Notes: generated by a model from the letters alone, not told the origin. Positions 1 to 9,349 are shown, numbered from the stretch's first letter. The stretch: 25,034 bases of DNA from Candidatus Bathyarchaeota archaeon (GCA_043826455.1 JBDRQD010000054.1:1-25034); one strand, 5' to 3'. Program-made: numbers and translations.

Positions 1-1
1 G

Positions 2-592
2 GACTACGAGGAGTGGAGCAAGCCCGGGGACGGCCTGGGCAGGTTCCACGCCATGTGGCGCAGGGAGAACCCCACAGACGGCATAAGCGACAGAGGGGTC
101 CCCAACAGGACATGGATGTTCGAAGGCGAGAACCCGGACGGCAAAGGCAACTACCTTCTGCTGGAGGCGGAGGGCAAAGGCCACTCCGTGGGCTGCAACG
201 TCAACGTCGTCAACCTCAGGAAATCGGACAAGTTCAACTGGTACGGTGAGGGCGACGACATGATCTACATAGATGGGGAGAAGCTGCCCAGCCTCGTGGG
301 CACAGGCACCGAGGACTACTACGGGATGAGCTGGTGCCCCACCCAGGAGCACTGCGCCCCCTACCACGGGCTACCGATCCCGGGCGGCAAGAACTGGAGC
401 GGCAAGGTCACGTGGTACAGATACCACATCCCGGACCCCGTGTACTTCGAGAAGAGCATCCGGGTCACCATAGAGCACGGCCACGCCAACCACCGCAGCG
501 ACGACTATAGCAGCACCGCCTACTGGTACCAGACGGAGCCCCACAAGCCCTTCAAGCTGGCACCCGTGGACCGACGCATACCCAGGAAGTGA
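2..592 (+). CDS. DUF2961 / glycoside hydrolase family 172 protein, 5'-truncated by the window edge
   Basis: Frame is open from position 2 (DYEEWSKPGDGLGRFHAMWRRENPT). Contains family motifs WYGEGDDMIYIDGE, GTGTEDYYG, YRYHIPDPVYFEKSIRVTIEHGHAN and DDYSSTAYWYQ. Confidence 0.88.
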   Translation, partial: DYEEWSKPGDGLGRFHAMWRRENPTDGISDRGVPNRTWMFEGENPDGKGNYLLLEAEGKGHSVGCNVNVVNLRKSDKFNWYGEGDDMIYIDGEKLPSLVGTGTEDYYGMSWCPTQEHCAPYHGLPIPGGKNWSGKVTWYRYHIPDPVYFEKSIRVTIEHGHANHRSDDYSSTAYWYQTEPHKPFKLAPVDRRIPRK

Positions 593-596
593 CCAT

Positions 597-2129
597 TTGA
601 GCTACCTCGTTGGCACCGACATAGGCACCCTGGGCACAAAATCCGTCCTAGTAGACCCTGAGGGAAATGTTCTCGCCAACAGCTTCAAGGAGTATGGGGT
701 CCTCACCCCCCAGCAGGGGTGGGCCGAGCAGTGGCCAGGAGTCTGGGCCGAGGCGGCCCACGCCACCATCAAGGAGGCCGTGGAGCGATCCAAGGTGAAC
801 CCACGGGACATAGCCGGAGTCTCCATCAGCAGCCTCTACGGGGGCAGCGGCGTCCCCGTGGACAAGCAGTACAAGCCCATCAGACCGTGCCTCATATGGG
901 CTGACAGACGCGCCACCGGGGAGTGCAAGACGCTCCGGGAGACCATCGGCGTAGACGCCCTCTACAAGGTAACCGGGAACGTCATCGACCCCTACTATGG
1001 GTACACGAAGATGCTGTGGATCAGGAACAATGAGCCGAAGAACTGGAGTAAGATACACAGGATAGAGACGCCCAACGCCCATGTCATTAGATCCATCACC
1101 GGCGTGGAGAGCATCGACTACAGCAGTGCCGGTAACTACGGAGGCCTCTTCGACATCCACAAGCGGGACTGGAGCAGTGAGATGATGAATGAGCTCGGCG
1201 TACCCAGGGGCTTCTTCCCAGAGCACATTCACAGCAGCGAGGAAGTAGTAGGAGAAGTCACCGCGGACGGCAGCAGACTAACCGGGTTGGCAAAGGGCAC
1301 CCCGGTGTGCGCAGGAGGCATCGACGCCCCCGTGAGCGCCCTGGCCGGGGGAGCCATAGAGGATGGCGACCTGGCATCAATGCTGGGCACAAGCATGTGC
1401 AACGGGTTCATAAGCCACAGGCCCAGGCTCAGCCCCAGGATGATCAACTTCCCCTACGTGGTCAAGGGCAGAGAGTACCTGTACAGCTTCACCGGCGTAT
1501 CCACGGCGGGCTTCACGGTGCGCTGGTTCAGGGACCAGCTGGGGGCTCCGGAGGTGGAGAAGGCGAGGGAGACGGGAGTGGACGCCTACAGGCTGCTGGA
1601 CGAGGCGGCAGCGGAGGCCCCCATCGGCAGCGGCAGCCTCATCTTCCTGCCCCACATGATGGTGGGGGAGAGGGCCCCCTACTGGGACGAGCACATCCGG
1701 GGCGGCTTCCTGGGCCTCACCGTCTACCACACCCGAGCCCACATGTTCCGCGCTGTCCTGGAGGGCGTCGCCTACGCCATGAGGTACAGCCTGGAGGCCA
1801 CCTGGGAGACGGGGCTAAAGATCAATAGAGCCACTCTGGTGGACGGCGGAGCCAGGTCGCCTCTGTGGAGGCAGATAATAGCCGACGTCACCGGAGTCAG
1901 GATGAGCTACATCCCCGGGGCGCAGGGTGCTCCCCTGGGGGACGCCATCTTGGCCGGCCTGGGGACAGGGGTCATCAAGGACCACAGGGTCATAGAGGAC
2001 TGGCTCGGCGAGAAGGTGCCCGTGGAGCCCGACGAGGCCAACAGAGAGGAGTACAGCCGATACTACGGCATCTACAAGGAGTGCCTGGAGGCCGCGAAAC
2101 CCGTCTTCAGGGCCATGTCCGGGGATTAG
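597..2129 (+). CDS. FGGY-family carbohydrate kinase (xylulokinase-like; substrate uncertain)
   Basis: N-terminal GTDIGT phosphate motif, WAEQWP, IWADRRA, GGIDA, GERAPYWD, RAVLEGVA, GGARSPLWRQIIADV. TTG start 4 nt after the upstream stop. Confidence 0.93.
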   Translation: MSYLVGTDIGTLGTKSVLVDPEGNVLANSFKEYGVLTPQQGWAEQWPGVWAEAAHATIKEAVERSKVNPRDIAGVSISSLYGGSGVPVDKQYKPIRPCLIWADRRATGECKTLRETIGVDALYKVTGNVIDPYYGYTKMLWIRNNEPKNWSKIHRIETPNAHVIRSITGVESIDYSSAGNYGGLFDIHKRDWSSEMMNELGVPRGFFPEHIHSSEEVVGEVTADGSRLTGLAKGTPVCAGGIDAPVSALAGGAIEDGDLASMLGTSMCNGFISHRPRLSPRMINFPYVVKGREYLYSFTGVSTAGFTVRWFRDQLGAPEVEKARETGVDAYRLLDEAAAEAPIGSGSLIFLPHMMVGERAPYWDEHIRGGFLGLTVYHTRAHMFRAVLEGVAYAMRYSLEATWETGLKINRATLVDGGARSPLWRQIIADVTGVRMSYIPGAQGAPLGDAILAGLGTGVIKDHRVIEDWLGEKVPVEPDEANREEYSRYYGIYKECLEAAKPVFRAMSGD

Positions 2130-2160
2130 CTTTTAGCTATAACCCCCAATATTGTGACCC

Positions 2161-4416
2161 ATGAGGAAGACGGCCGCCTTCCTGACCTGCCTCTTCACCG
2201 TTCTTTGGCTGGGGCTTCTGGTTCTGCATCCTTCACTCAAGCAGTTAGCCCTCTGGCTGTCACCGAGCCTCGGAGCCGAGCTGTACACCACTGTCACCGT
2301 CTTCTACCTGCTTGCAGCCGACCCCTTCGCCTACGCAGCCGTGGGCCTGCTGTGGCTGGCCGTCGCCTTCCTAGGTGGACTCATTGTGAGAAGGCGGCTC
2401 GGCGCTGTACTCACTATGCTCATGGTCTGGCTGATGCTGGTGCCCGTGCTCGCTTTAAGCCTCTTCGGGCTTGCCATGAACGTCCAGAGCCTGGTTGAAG
2501 ACAGGCAGGGCGGTAGTCCCCTATCAGCGATCCCGCCAATACCGCCGGGGATGACCATCACAGGTCTCCTGGAGACACCCATAGTTGGGGAGAAGGTGGC
2601 CCAGATGATGGGCGGCGGCATCGAGAACCTGAGCCAGGAGCAGGCCATGGACATGCTCAGGGAGACGGCGTACAGTTTGGGGTTCTCTGCGCTCCTGAGG
2701 CCACTGCTCATTGTTGTTGGGGCCCTCCTGGGGGTGGAAGCCGGTCGGATACTGGAGACCCGGGGAGCGGAACTGCTTCCGCGGAACCTCTCAAGGGTTA
2801 GCCAAGGTATATTCATCGTCTTGGTTTTACTGGTCTCATCGGGGGTCACACCATCCAGGGCGCAGATCATTGACACCAGCGACGGCATCTACGTGGAGAA
2901 CCTTTTAGGGATAGCTGACAGGCAGGGGCGGGCCATGGTGCTGGATGCCTTCGTCGCCACAGCGGGCACCAGGGTCGGCCACAGCAATCTGGTGGCGCAC
3001 ATGCTGGTGGTGCAGAGGATGAACCTGGACCCACTTGTGGCGACCATGAGCCTGCCCGAGGGCCTGGACGCAGGGTCCCTGGTCAACCTCATCCCGGGCA
3101 CCCTGCTGGTCTCCGTATATGTGGACACGTCTCCGAGTGAAGCCCGAAGCCTTGCAGCCGAGATGAGCCATGCGACGGCTGAAGCCTACGGGATAGAGGT
3201 TCACAGCCTGGGGGCCTTCCCGGTTCCCGAGATGGAGTACAGCAGCATGGCTCTACCATCGCTCACGGTGGTGGTGGAGTACTCAGACAGCGGCCTGGAG
3301 GAGCTGGCACCCGTACTCATGGCAGAGTTCACCGGCAGAGGGGGACTGGCTCAAGCCATCTCAGGGGCTCTCACCAGCGGCGCCCTGGTTCCGGGCGCCA
3401 CAGAGGGCTCCCCTGAGACCACGGTCTTGGCGGTGGGGAGCGTCAACCTGGGGCCCCTGCTGGAGAGGATGAGTATACCCGCGTACCCTGCGGAGCTTGA
3501 GGAGCCTCTGAACTTGGTGAAGTCGGAGTCCCTGCATGTGGCCCTAGGGGCTCACATCTGGGACACAGGCGTCAAACCCCGCGGAGGCGGATTCTCACTG
3601 GACCTCCTAGAGCTGCTGGGCCAGCCGAGCGTCAGCTTAAGCCAGTCCTCGGACCTCAGCTTCATAACCCTGGTCACCCCCAACAACACCCGGGCCGGGG
3701 ACCTGACCCCAAACGTCGCCGTGTGCACAGACCAGCCCGAGGACTCCTACGTCCTCAGCCTCTACATCCAATTCCTCACAGGGCTGGGGATCATAGAGGT
3801 AACCCACGACCCCAACTTGGGAGCAGAGGATATGCGGGTGTCTACCAGCCTACCCCTGCCCCCCAGGGTCGTTCTGGAGAGGACCCTGGAGGGACCCAGC
3901 GCCGTAGGCCAGACCCTCTCAGTCACGGTGACCGCCACCAACCGGGGAACCCAGGCCGTGGAGAACCTCAGGATAACGGACGGCGGCCTGCTCAGCACAT
4001 ACAGCCAAAGCGTCAAGGTGGAGGGCGGGACCGAGAAGATAGAGGCTGCGCTTGGGCCGGGCCAGTCCACGTCCATCTCCTACACAGTGAAGCCTGGGAA
4101 CCCGGGGGCTTACACTCTGAGGCCCGCCACGGCCGCCTACAGCTTCGGCGGCCAGTCCTACTCCAGCCTGTCGGAGCGCAGCTACCTGAGCACAGGGCCC
4201 CCCAACATACTGACTGCGGCTAAGACGCTGAGACGGGACACCGTGATGACCTTGGACCTTCTGACAAATGGCGGCGGTAGGATGGCCACGGACGCGCTGC
4301 TGGCTGGGGGGGGCCTCCTGATACTTCTGAACCTTGCTTTAAGCCTCCGCAAGGTGGCTACGCATAGGGCTCAGCCTCCAGGAGCTGAGGAGCCTGAGCC
4401 TCAAAGACCTTCGTGA
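2161..4416 (+). CDS. Large hypothetical membrane protein: N-terminal multi-TM region, large soluble domain, C-terminal Ig-like (BatD/DUF11/CARDB-like) domain and C-terminal TM anchor
   Basis: 751-aa ORF with ATG ~20 nt after TTTTAGCTATAA. Several hydrophobic helices in aa 1-230. Ig-like pattern VGQTLSVTVTATNRG...LGPGQSTSISYTV...PGAYTLRPATAAYS. Hydrophobic tail LLAGGGLLILLNLAL. Confidence 0.8.
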   Translation: MRKTAAFLTCLFTVLWLGLLVLHPSLKQLALWLSPSLGAELYTTVTVFYLLAADPFAYAAVGLLWLAVAFLGGLIVRRRLGAVLTMLMVWLMLVPVLALSLFGLAMNVQSLVEDRQGGSPLSAIPPIPPGMTITGLLETPIVGEKVAQMMGGGIENLSQEQAMDMLRETAYSLGFSALLRPLLIVVGALLGVEAGRILETRGAELLPRNLSRVSQGIFIVLVLLVSSGVTPSRAQIIDTSDGIYVENLLGIADRQGRAMVLDAFVATAGTRVGHSNLVAHMLVVQRMNLDPLVATMSLPEGLDAGSLVNLIPGTLLVSVYVDTSPSEARSLAAEMSHATAEAYGIEVHSLGAFPVPEMEYSSMALPSLTVVVEYSDSGLEELAPVLMAEFTGRGGLAQAISGALTSGALVPGATEGSPETTVLAVGSVNLGPLLERMSIPAYPAELEEPLNLVKSESLHVALGAHIWDTGVKPRGGGFSLDLLELLGQPSVSLSQSSDLSFITLVTPNNTRAGDLTPNVAVCTDQPEDSYVLSLYIQFLTGLGIIEVTHDPNLGAEDMRVSTSLPLPPRVVLERTLEGPSAVGQTLSVTVTATNRGTQAVENLRITDGGLLSTYSQSVKVEGGTEKIEAALGPGQSTSISYTVKPGNPGAYTLRPATAAYSFGGQSYSSLSERSYLSTGPPNILTAAKTLRRDTVMTLDLLTNGGGRMATDALLAGGGLLILLNLALSLRKVATHRAQPPGAEEPEPQRPS

Positions 4417-4654
4417 GTTGTTCGAGGGCCATGAGGGCTCTGGCCCCCTCCCGCAACGTGATTGAGCCCAGTATGAAGAAGCTTATGGCCTCACCGTAGT
4501 AGATCATCCATGACCCTGTTATTCCCATGGCGAAGGCCTTGGAAACGTACTCTGAGGCCACCACGATGGCTAGGAACCCGAGTAGAGTCTTCAGCGTGCT
4601 GTAGAGGACCCTGATCTTAGTGTCCTGGTGGAGCAGCTGCCAGCGGTCTAACAA
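4358..4654 (-). CDS. Small hypothetical membrane protein (2 TM)
   Basis: 98-aa ORF with a TTG start and two hydrophobic segments. Fills the otherwise empty gap downstream of acdB and overlaps the convergent gene's 3' end. Confidence 0.6.
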   Translation of the reverse strand: MLDRWQLLHQDTKIRVLYSTLKTLLGFLAIVVASEYVSKAFAMGITGSWMIYYGEAISFFILGSITLREGARALMALEQLTKVFEAQAPQLLEAEPYA

Positions 4655-4742
4655 GTCTCTCGGATGGATGTTTGGCAGCGTTCAGAAAGGCTGTGTGTTA
4701 CGAAGCCGAGTCGTGTTGGGTAAAAGTAGGAGGGGGCGACGG

Positions 4743-5441
4743 TCACATGATGACTCTGCCGTCCACGATCCTGGCCCCGTCAGGGTACGCCAGGATGGGG
4801 TTCATGTCCAGCTCCTTGATCTCTGGGCACTCCTCCAGCATCCTGCTGGTCTTCACTAGGATATCGGCCAGGGTCTTCCTGTCGCTGGGGGGCATGCCTC
4901 TGACTCCGTCCAGTATCTTCTTGGCCTTGATCTCCTCCAGCATCTCCATGGCGTCCACCTGGTCGATGGGCACCACTCTGAAGCTGACGTCCTTGAGTAT
5001 CTCCACGAAGATTCCGCCCAGCCCGAACATGATGGTGGGCCCGAAGGTGGGGTCCGTGGTGCTTCCCACAATGATCTCTGTGCCCTTGGGGGCCATCTCT
5101 TGGACCAGGATGCCCGTTATCTCGGCGTCTGCCTTATAGTTCTTGGCGTTGGCAATGATCTTCTTGAAGCCGTCCCTGATGCCCTGCTCGTCCTTGACGC
5201 CCACGATGACGCCGCCGGCGTCACTCTTGTGGAGGATCTGGGGCGAGACTATCTTGAGGACTATGGGGAACCCTATCTTCTTGGCCGCCTTGACAGCCTC
5301 TTCCTCTGTCTTGGCTACCTGTATCCTGGTGACCGGCATGTCGTAGAGGCCGAAGAGCTTCTTGGCCTCGTGCTCAAAGAGGAAGTTGCGCTTCTCCTTC
5401 TTCGCCGCCTCGAAGATGTCTGATACTGCCTTGTCTCTCAT
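4743..5441 (-). CDS. acdB: ADP-forming acetate/acyl-CoA ligase beta subunit (ATP-grasp)
   Basis: EHEAKKLF, GFPIVLKIVSPQILHKSDAGGV, GILVQEM, FGPTIMFGLGGIFVEILKDVSFR, ELDMNP. Size (232 aa) is typical of archaeal ACD beta subunits. Confidence 0.93.
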   Translation of the reverse strand: MRDKAVSDIFEAAKKEKRNFLFEHEAKKLFGLYDMPVTRIQVAKTEEEAVKAAKKIGFPIVLKIVSPQILHKSDAGGVIVGVKDEQGIRDGFKKIIANAKNYKADAEITGILVQEMAPKGTEIIVGSTTDPTFGPTIMFGLGGIFVEILKDVSFRVVPIDQVDAMEMLEEIKAKKILDGVRGMPPSDRKTLADILVKTSRMLEECPEIKELDMNPILAYPDGARIVDGRVIM

Positions 5442-5551
5442 CTAGCATACCTCTATGTCTTTCATGTATGACCCATCTCCGATAATATAAAAAATGCTGT
5501 GCGCGCCGGTGCAAAGGTCTATAACTCGTTGAGTGACGGTTTGTATCCACG

Positions 5552-6643
5552 GTGCCTCCGCTGCTTCACCCCATACAGATAACGCTGATAAACGCGGCCA
5601 TCTTCTTCGGCCACTACGTCATAATCTCGACGGCCCTAAACTTCCAGTTCGGCAACGCTGGCATCCCCAACATGAGCAGCAACGCAAGCGTGGCCATAGG
5701 AGCCTACACTGTGAGCGCCCTCATCGTCAGAGTCTGCATGTGGATAGGTGAGCAGATGGGCCTCCTGTTTAAGCCCAACTGGGTCTACGATAACCCCTAC
5801 AACACTAGGCTGATCACAAACCTATTCCAGCAGAAGCCTCTGCTGGGTACAAGCATATTCGTGCTGAGCCTGGCCCTAGCCTTCGTGCTCGGCTCCACAA
5901 CGGGGTGGCTCATAGGGGCTGTCAGCGGCAGGCTTAGGGCTACACGCCTCATGATCCTCCTCCTCATCATAAGCAGCGCCGTGAGCAACATAGCCGCTAA
6001 TAACGAGGGGATCGCCGGCGGTACTCTGGGGGCTTTCATTCCTAACCCATTCACCTGGTACCAGGGGGAGCAGATGGTGATCCTTGCCACCGTCATCCTA
6101 TCCGTGGGGCTCGTCTGCTTCTTCATAATGAGGTCCATGATGAACAGCCCCTTCGGCAGGCTCATGAGGGCCGTGAGGGAGAACGAGGTCAGTCTCGAGA
6201 GCACAGGCAAGAACGTGGCGATGGTGAGGCGGGAGGTGATGATGTTCGGCAGCGGCATCATGGCACTGAGCGGCGTCCTCCTCAGCTACTACTACAGTTA
6301 CGTTCAGCACACCATGTACGACAGGGTGAGCTACACCTTCTGGCCCTGGCTCATGATCACCATAGGGGGCCTGGGGAACAACGCGGGCGCCTACATTGGA
6401 ACCCTGGTCTGCGTCAGCATCATCAAGGCCTTGAACATATCCAAGCAGACGCTTGGTCCCCTCCTCATAGGCACCATGTGGATCAAGCTCATCAGCTACT
6501 TCGAGGACATCATCCTCTCCACCCTTCTCCTGGTGTTCCTGATCTTCAAGCCGGGCGGATTAGTGCCTGAGAAGATACTGATGATTAAGGGCGTGAACTA
6601 CAGGCAGATAATCAGGGGCGAGGAGGAGCCTAGGAGACCCTAA
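5552..6643 (+). CDS. Branched-chain amino acid ABC transporter permease (LivM-like)
   Basis: ALNFQFGNAGIPN, IGAY, SPFGRLMRAVRENE, IGGLGNNAGAYIG, FKPGGL, with multiple TM helices. GTG start ~28 nt after CTATAA. Confidence 0.88.
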   Translation: MPPLLHPIQITLINAAIFFGHYVIISTALNFQFGNAGIPNMSSNASVAIGAYTVSALIVRVCMWIGEQMGLLFKPNWVYDNPYNTRLITNLFQQKPLLGTSIFVLSLALAFVLGSTTGWLIGAVSGRLRATRLMILLLIISSAVSNIAANNEGIAGGTLGAFIPNPFTWYQGEQMVILATVILSVGLVCFFIMRSMMNSPFGRLMRAVRENEVSLESTGKNVAMVRREVMMFGSGIMALSGVLLSYYYSYVQHTMYDRVSYTFWPWLMITIGGLGNNAGAYIGTLVCVSIIKALNISKQTLGPLLIGTMWIKLISYFEDIILSTLLLVFLIFKPGGLVPEKILMIKGVNYRQIIRGEEEPRRP

Positions 6644-6992
6644 ACCCGGTAAGCTGGTCCTTGATCCACTTGGCCGCTTTGATTAACAGAGGGTTCGGGG
6701 TGGCCACCACGGGGATGTCCCGTGGGCCCACTTTAAGGCTGGGCCTGAACTCAGGCATTGGGGCGTATATGACGCTGGCCCAGTAGATCCTACCCTGCTG
6801 CCGCTCCTTCAGCAGCTCCTTGGTGTTGAAGGGGAGGGGCATGTGGTGGAAGACGACGCCCTCCGCCCAGTTGAGTACCAGGGGGTGGCCGGCGTCCTGG
6901 ATCAGTGCCCCTGTCTCGGCCAGCTTGTCCAGGGTGTACTCCACCATCTCCAGGATTACCAGCTCCTCCACGGGCTTGTAGGTGATCTTCAT
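6630..6992 (-). CDS. Conserved archaeal hypothetical protein (~120 aa)
   Basis: Codon usage matches the genome. Globular sequence MKITYKPVEELVILE...LNWAEGVVF...IYWASVIYAPMPEF. ATG at 6992 (alternative GTG at 6998), directly downstream of the M20 gene. Confidence 0.75.
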   Translation of the reverse strand: MKITYKPVEELVILEMVEYTLDKLAETGALIQDAGHPLVLNWAEGVVFHHMPLPFNTKELLKERQQGRIYWASVIYAPMPEFRPSLKVGPRDIPVVATPNPLLIKAAKWIKDQLTGFRVS

Positions 6993-7016
6993 ATGCACCC
7001 AATGGGTTCGGGGTGG

Positions 7017-8288
7017 CTAAAGAACTTCACTGTTACCCTCCAGGAAGTCCACCATAGTCCCCATGTGGACCAGGGCCGTGACCACCAGGTCGTCCACGGT
7101 GATGTGCTCGTCTACGCCCCCCATCCCGTAGACCCTGGGCCCATAGGACACGGCGGGTACCCCTCTCAGCCTCCAGAACCTGCAGTCCGTGCCACCGGAG
7201 GTGAAGCTCAGGTGGGGCGCCCTGCCTGTGACGGCCTCAGAGTTACGCTTGAGCAGCTCAACCACCGCCTCGTCGGGGCCCGAGTAGGTGGACCCAGTGA
7301 TGACGCTGGGGTGTCTACCCCACTCCACACTGATGGATGGCTCCATCATGTGTACCTTCTCCTCCACAAGCCCCTTCACCTGCTCAGGGGTGAAGCCCAG
7401 AGGCAACCGTATATCCACCTCGGCCTCGCACAGCGCCGGCACTATGTTCTCCTTGGTGCCACCCCTAACCACACCGATGTTCACCGTCAGGTGCCTCAGG
7501 ACGTCGGCCATGGCTTCAGACTCGTGGCCGTACTGGTCCCTGTACCCCTTCATCACTTCGTCCACGAGCCTCCCGGTATCTGCGTCAAGGGCCGCCGGAA
7601 GCCCTTGGAGCTCTTGAACACTCGGGAGAGCCCTCACCATCTTCATTATGGCGTTCTCCCCGACGTAGCCCGCGAAGCTGCCGTGGGCCGCCTTACCCTC
7701 AGCCCTGAGCAGGAGAGGGACCCGGCCCTTCTCACCGATCCTCACGGTTAAGCCTGAGGGCTCCCCGTTGAGGACAGCGTCACCCTCTAGGCCCTTCACG
7801 TTATCGAGGAGCCACAGGGCGCCCCAGCGTCCCCCGGTCTCCTCGTCTGAGGTGCCGGTGAAGGTGAGCCGGCCGCCCAGCTCCTCGCCAACGAGAACCC
7901 CGTAGCAGAATAGTAGAGAGGCCAGCCCGCCCTTCATGTCGCCGCTCCCCCGGCCGTGGATGAATCCACCCTCCACTGAGCCTGAGTGGGGTGGCCGCGT
8001 CCACAGCTCACCCACATCCCCGGGGAACTGGTCCAGGTGGCCGTTGAGGACCAGGTGGGGTCGCCCCTCTCCTACACTGGAGACCAGGCTCACGACGCCA
8101 TCCACGGGCTCGTAGGCCTGGTCGTCCGCGCCTCTCTCACCTAGATAGCTCTGGATGTACGCGGCTAGCTGGGACGTGTCGCCGGGTGGGTTGTCGCTAG
8201 GTATCTTCACGAGCTCTGAGCAGAGTTTAACCAGCTCATCTCTTCCTTCCCGCACCTTGTCTAGGAGCCGGGCCTTGTCGAGTGCCAT
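7017..8288 (-). CDS. M20 family metallo-hydrolase (ArgE/DapE-like deacylase/peptidase)
   Basis: LNGHLD, GRGSGDMKGG, SDEETGG, GEPS, GKAAHGS, GGTKENIVP, GGTD, DEHI motifs. Confidence 0.92.
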   Translation of the reverse strand: MALDKARLLDKVREGRDELVKLCSELVKIPSDNPPGDTSQLAAYIQSYLGERGADDQAYEPVDGVVSLVSSVGEGRPHLVLNGHLDQFPGDVGELWTRPPHSGSVEGGFIHGRGSGDMKGGLASLLFCYGVLVGEELGGRLTFTGTSDEETGGRWGALWLLDNVKGLEGDAVLNGEPSGLTVRIGEKGRVPLLLRAEGKAAHGSFAGYVGENAIMKMVRALPSVQELQGLPAALDADTGRLVDEVMKGYRDQYGHESEAMADVLRHLTVNIGVVRGGTKENIVPALCEAEVDIRLPLGFTPEQVKGLVEEKVHMMEPSISVEWGRHPSVITGSTYSGPDEAVVELLKRNSEAVTGRAPHLSFTSGGTDCRFWRLRGVPAVSYGPRVYGMGGVDEHITVDDLVVTALVHMGTMVDFLEGNSEVL

Positions 8289-8339
8289 ACAAACTAGTGT
8301 GAGTCGTTACCAGTTATAACCTGTCACCGGGAAAAGGGG

Positions 8340-8822
8340 TTAGGTGTGAAGCTTCTTGGCTAGCTTACCGAGGCGCTCACCCATCTTGCGGCAGACCTCG
8401 ACACCCTTGTCGTCGGGCGCCCCCACACTGGCGGCGCCGTAGTGGTTGGTCCCCGAGGTCCCCTGGACCACCATCCCATGAACCATGAGGGCCTCCAGGA
8501 GGCTTATGATTGTGGTCTCTGCGCCTGTGTGGGTGCCCCCGGCGCTGGCGAAGGCCCCGCCCACCATGCCGTCCAGCTTCCCGTGGTGCTTGACGCTGGC
8601 GTCGATGAACTCCTTGATCTTGGCCGTGGGCAGACCATAGTAAACCGGCGACCCCAGTATCAGACCCTTGTACTGGGGTATCTCGTCCACCGTGGCGTCG
8701 TCCACCTTCTTCAGCACGGCCTCCACCCCCGCTGCCTTCACCCCCTCCGCGACGACTTGCGCCATCTTCTCCGTGTTCCCGCTCCGGGAATCGTAAACTA
8801 TCAGCATCTTCATGGTGTTCAC
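8340..8822 (-). CDS. Flavodoxin-like WrbA family NAD(P)H:quinone oxidoreductase
   Basis: IVYDSRSGNTEKMA FMN loop, GSPVYYG, GGAFAS..G...GAETT, HYGA. GTG start overlaps the upstream TGA (alternative ATG at 8813). Confidence 0.88.
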   Translation of the reverse strand: MNTMKMLIVYDSRSGNTEKMAQVVAEGVKAAGVEAVLKKVDDATVDEIPQYKGLILGSPVYYGLPTAKIKEFIDASVKHHGKLDGMVGGAFASAGGTHTGAETTIISLLEALMVHGMVVQGTSGTNHYGAASVGAPDDKGVEVCRKMGERLGKLAKKLHT

Positions 8823-9349
8823 CCCAGCTTACCTGCCGCGCCTTCCACCTCGTAGACTCCTTTGACCTCACCGTAGTAGATGACGTGCATGTCCTTGGTC
8901 GGGTACACCTCGTCCTCCACGGACTTCATGAGCTCCCCGGGCCTCATCTCGTCCTTGTACAGTATCTGGCACTCGATGTGGACTGGGCACTCTTCAATGT
9001 AGGGGGCCTTCACCTTGACGCCCTTGGCGGCGGTCATCCCCAGTTCCTTGAACTTGTCAATGTCCCTGCCGGACTTGGTCCCGCAGACATCCAGCCACTT
9101 CTCCATGCCCTTCCCGGGGAGGCACACCGTGAAGCTGTCCGACTCCTCCAGTAGCTTATGGGTGTGCCTGGAGAGCCTGACCGCGACGACGAACACTGGC
9201 CTCCTCCAAATGGTGCCCAGGAAGCCCCAGCCAATGGTCATGGCGTTGGGTTTACCCTTCTTCCCCTGGGCCACCAAAAGGAGCCCGCCGCCCTTCATGA
9301 GCCGGTTGGCCTCGACGACGTACTTGAACTCGTTAACCTGATTCCTCAT
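8819..9349 (-). CDS. Flavin reductase-like (DIM6/NTAB, flavoredoxin) protein
   Basis: NAMTIGWG, RHTHKLLEESDSFTV, CGTKSGRDIDKF, APYIEECPVHIEC, HVIYYGEV. Confidence 0.9.
   Translation of the reverse strand: MRNQVNEFKYVVEANRLMKGGGLLLVAQGKKGKPNAMTIGWGFLGTIWRRPVFVVAVRLSRHTHKLLEESDSFTVCLPGKGMEKWLDVCGTKSGRDIDKFKELGMTAAKGVKVKAPYIEECPVHIECQILYKDEMRPGELMKSVEDEVYPTKDMHVIYYGEVKGVYEVEGAAGKLG

Noticed and set aside
6843..7751. 302-aa plus-strand ORF
   Set aside because: Antisense shadow of the M20 hydrolase and the conserved hypothetical gene, with no recognisable motifs. Such shadows are expected in GC-rich coding DNA.
7017..8288. Assigning the M20 enzyme as dapE linked to the ask/asd operon
   Set aside because: M20 motifs do not separate DapE, ArgE and peptidases by eye, and no other DAP-pathway genes are in the window.
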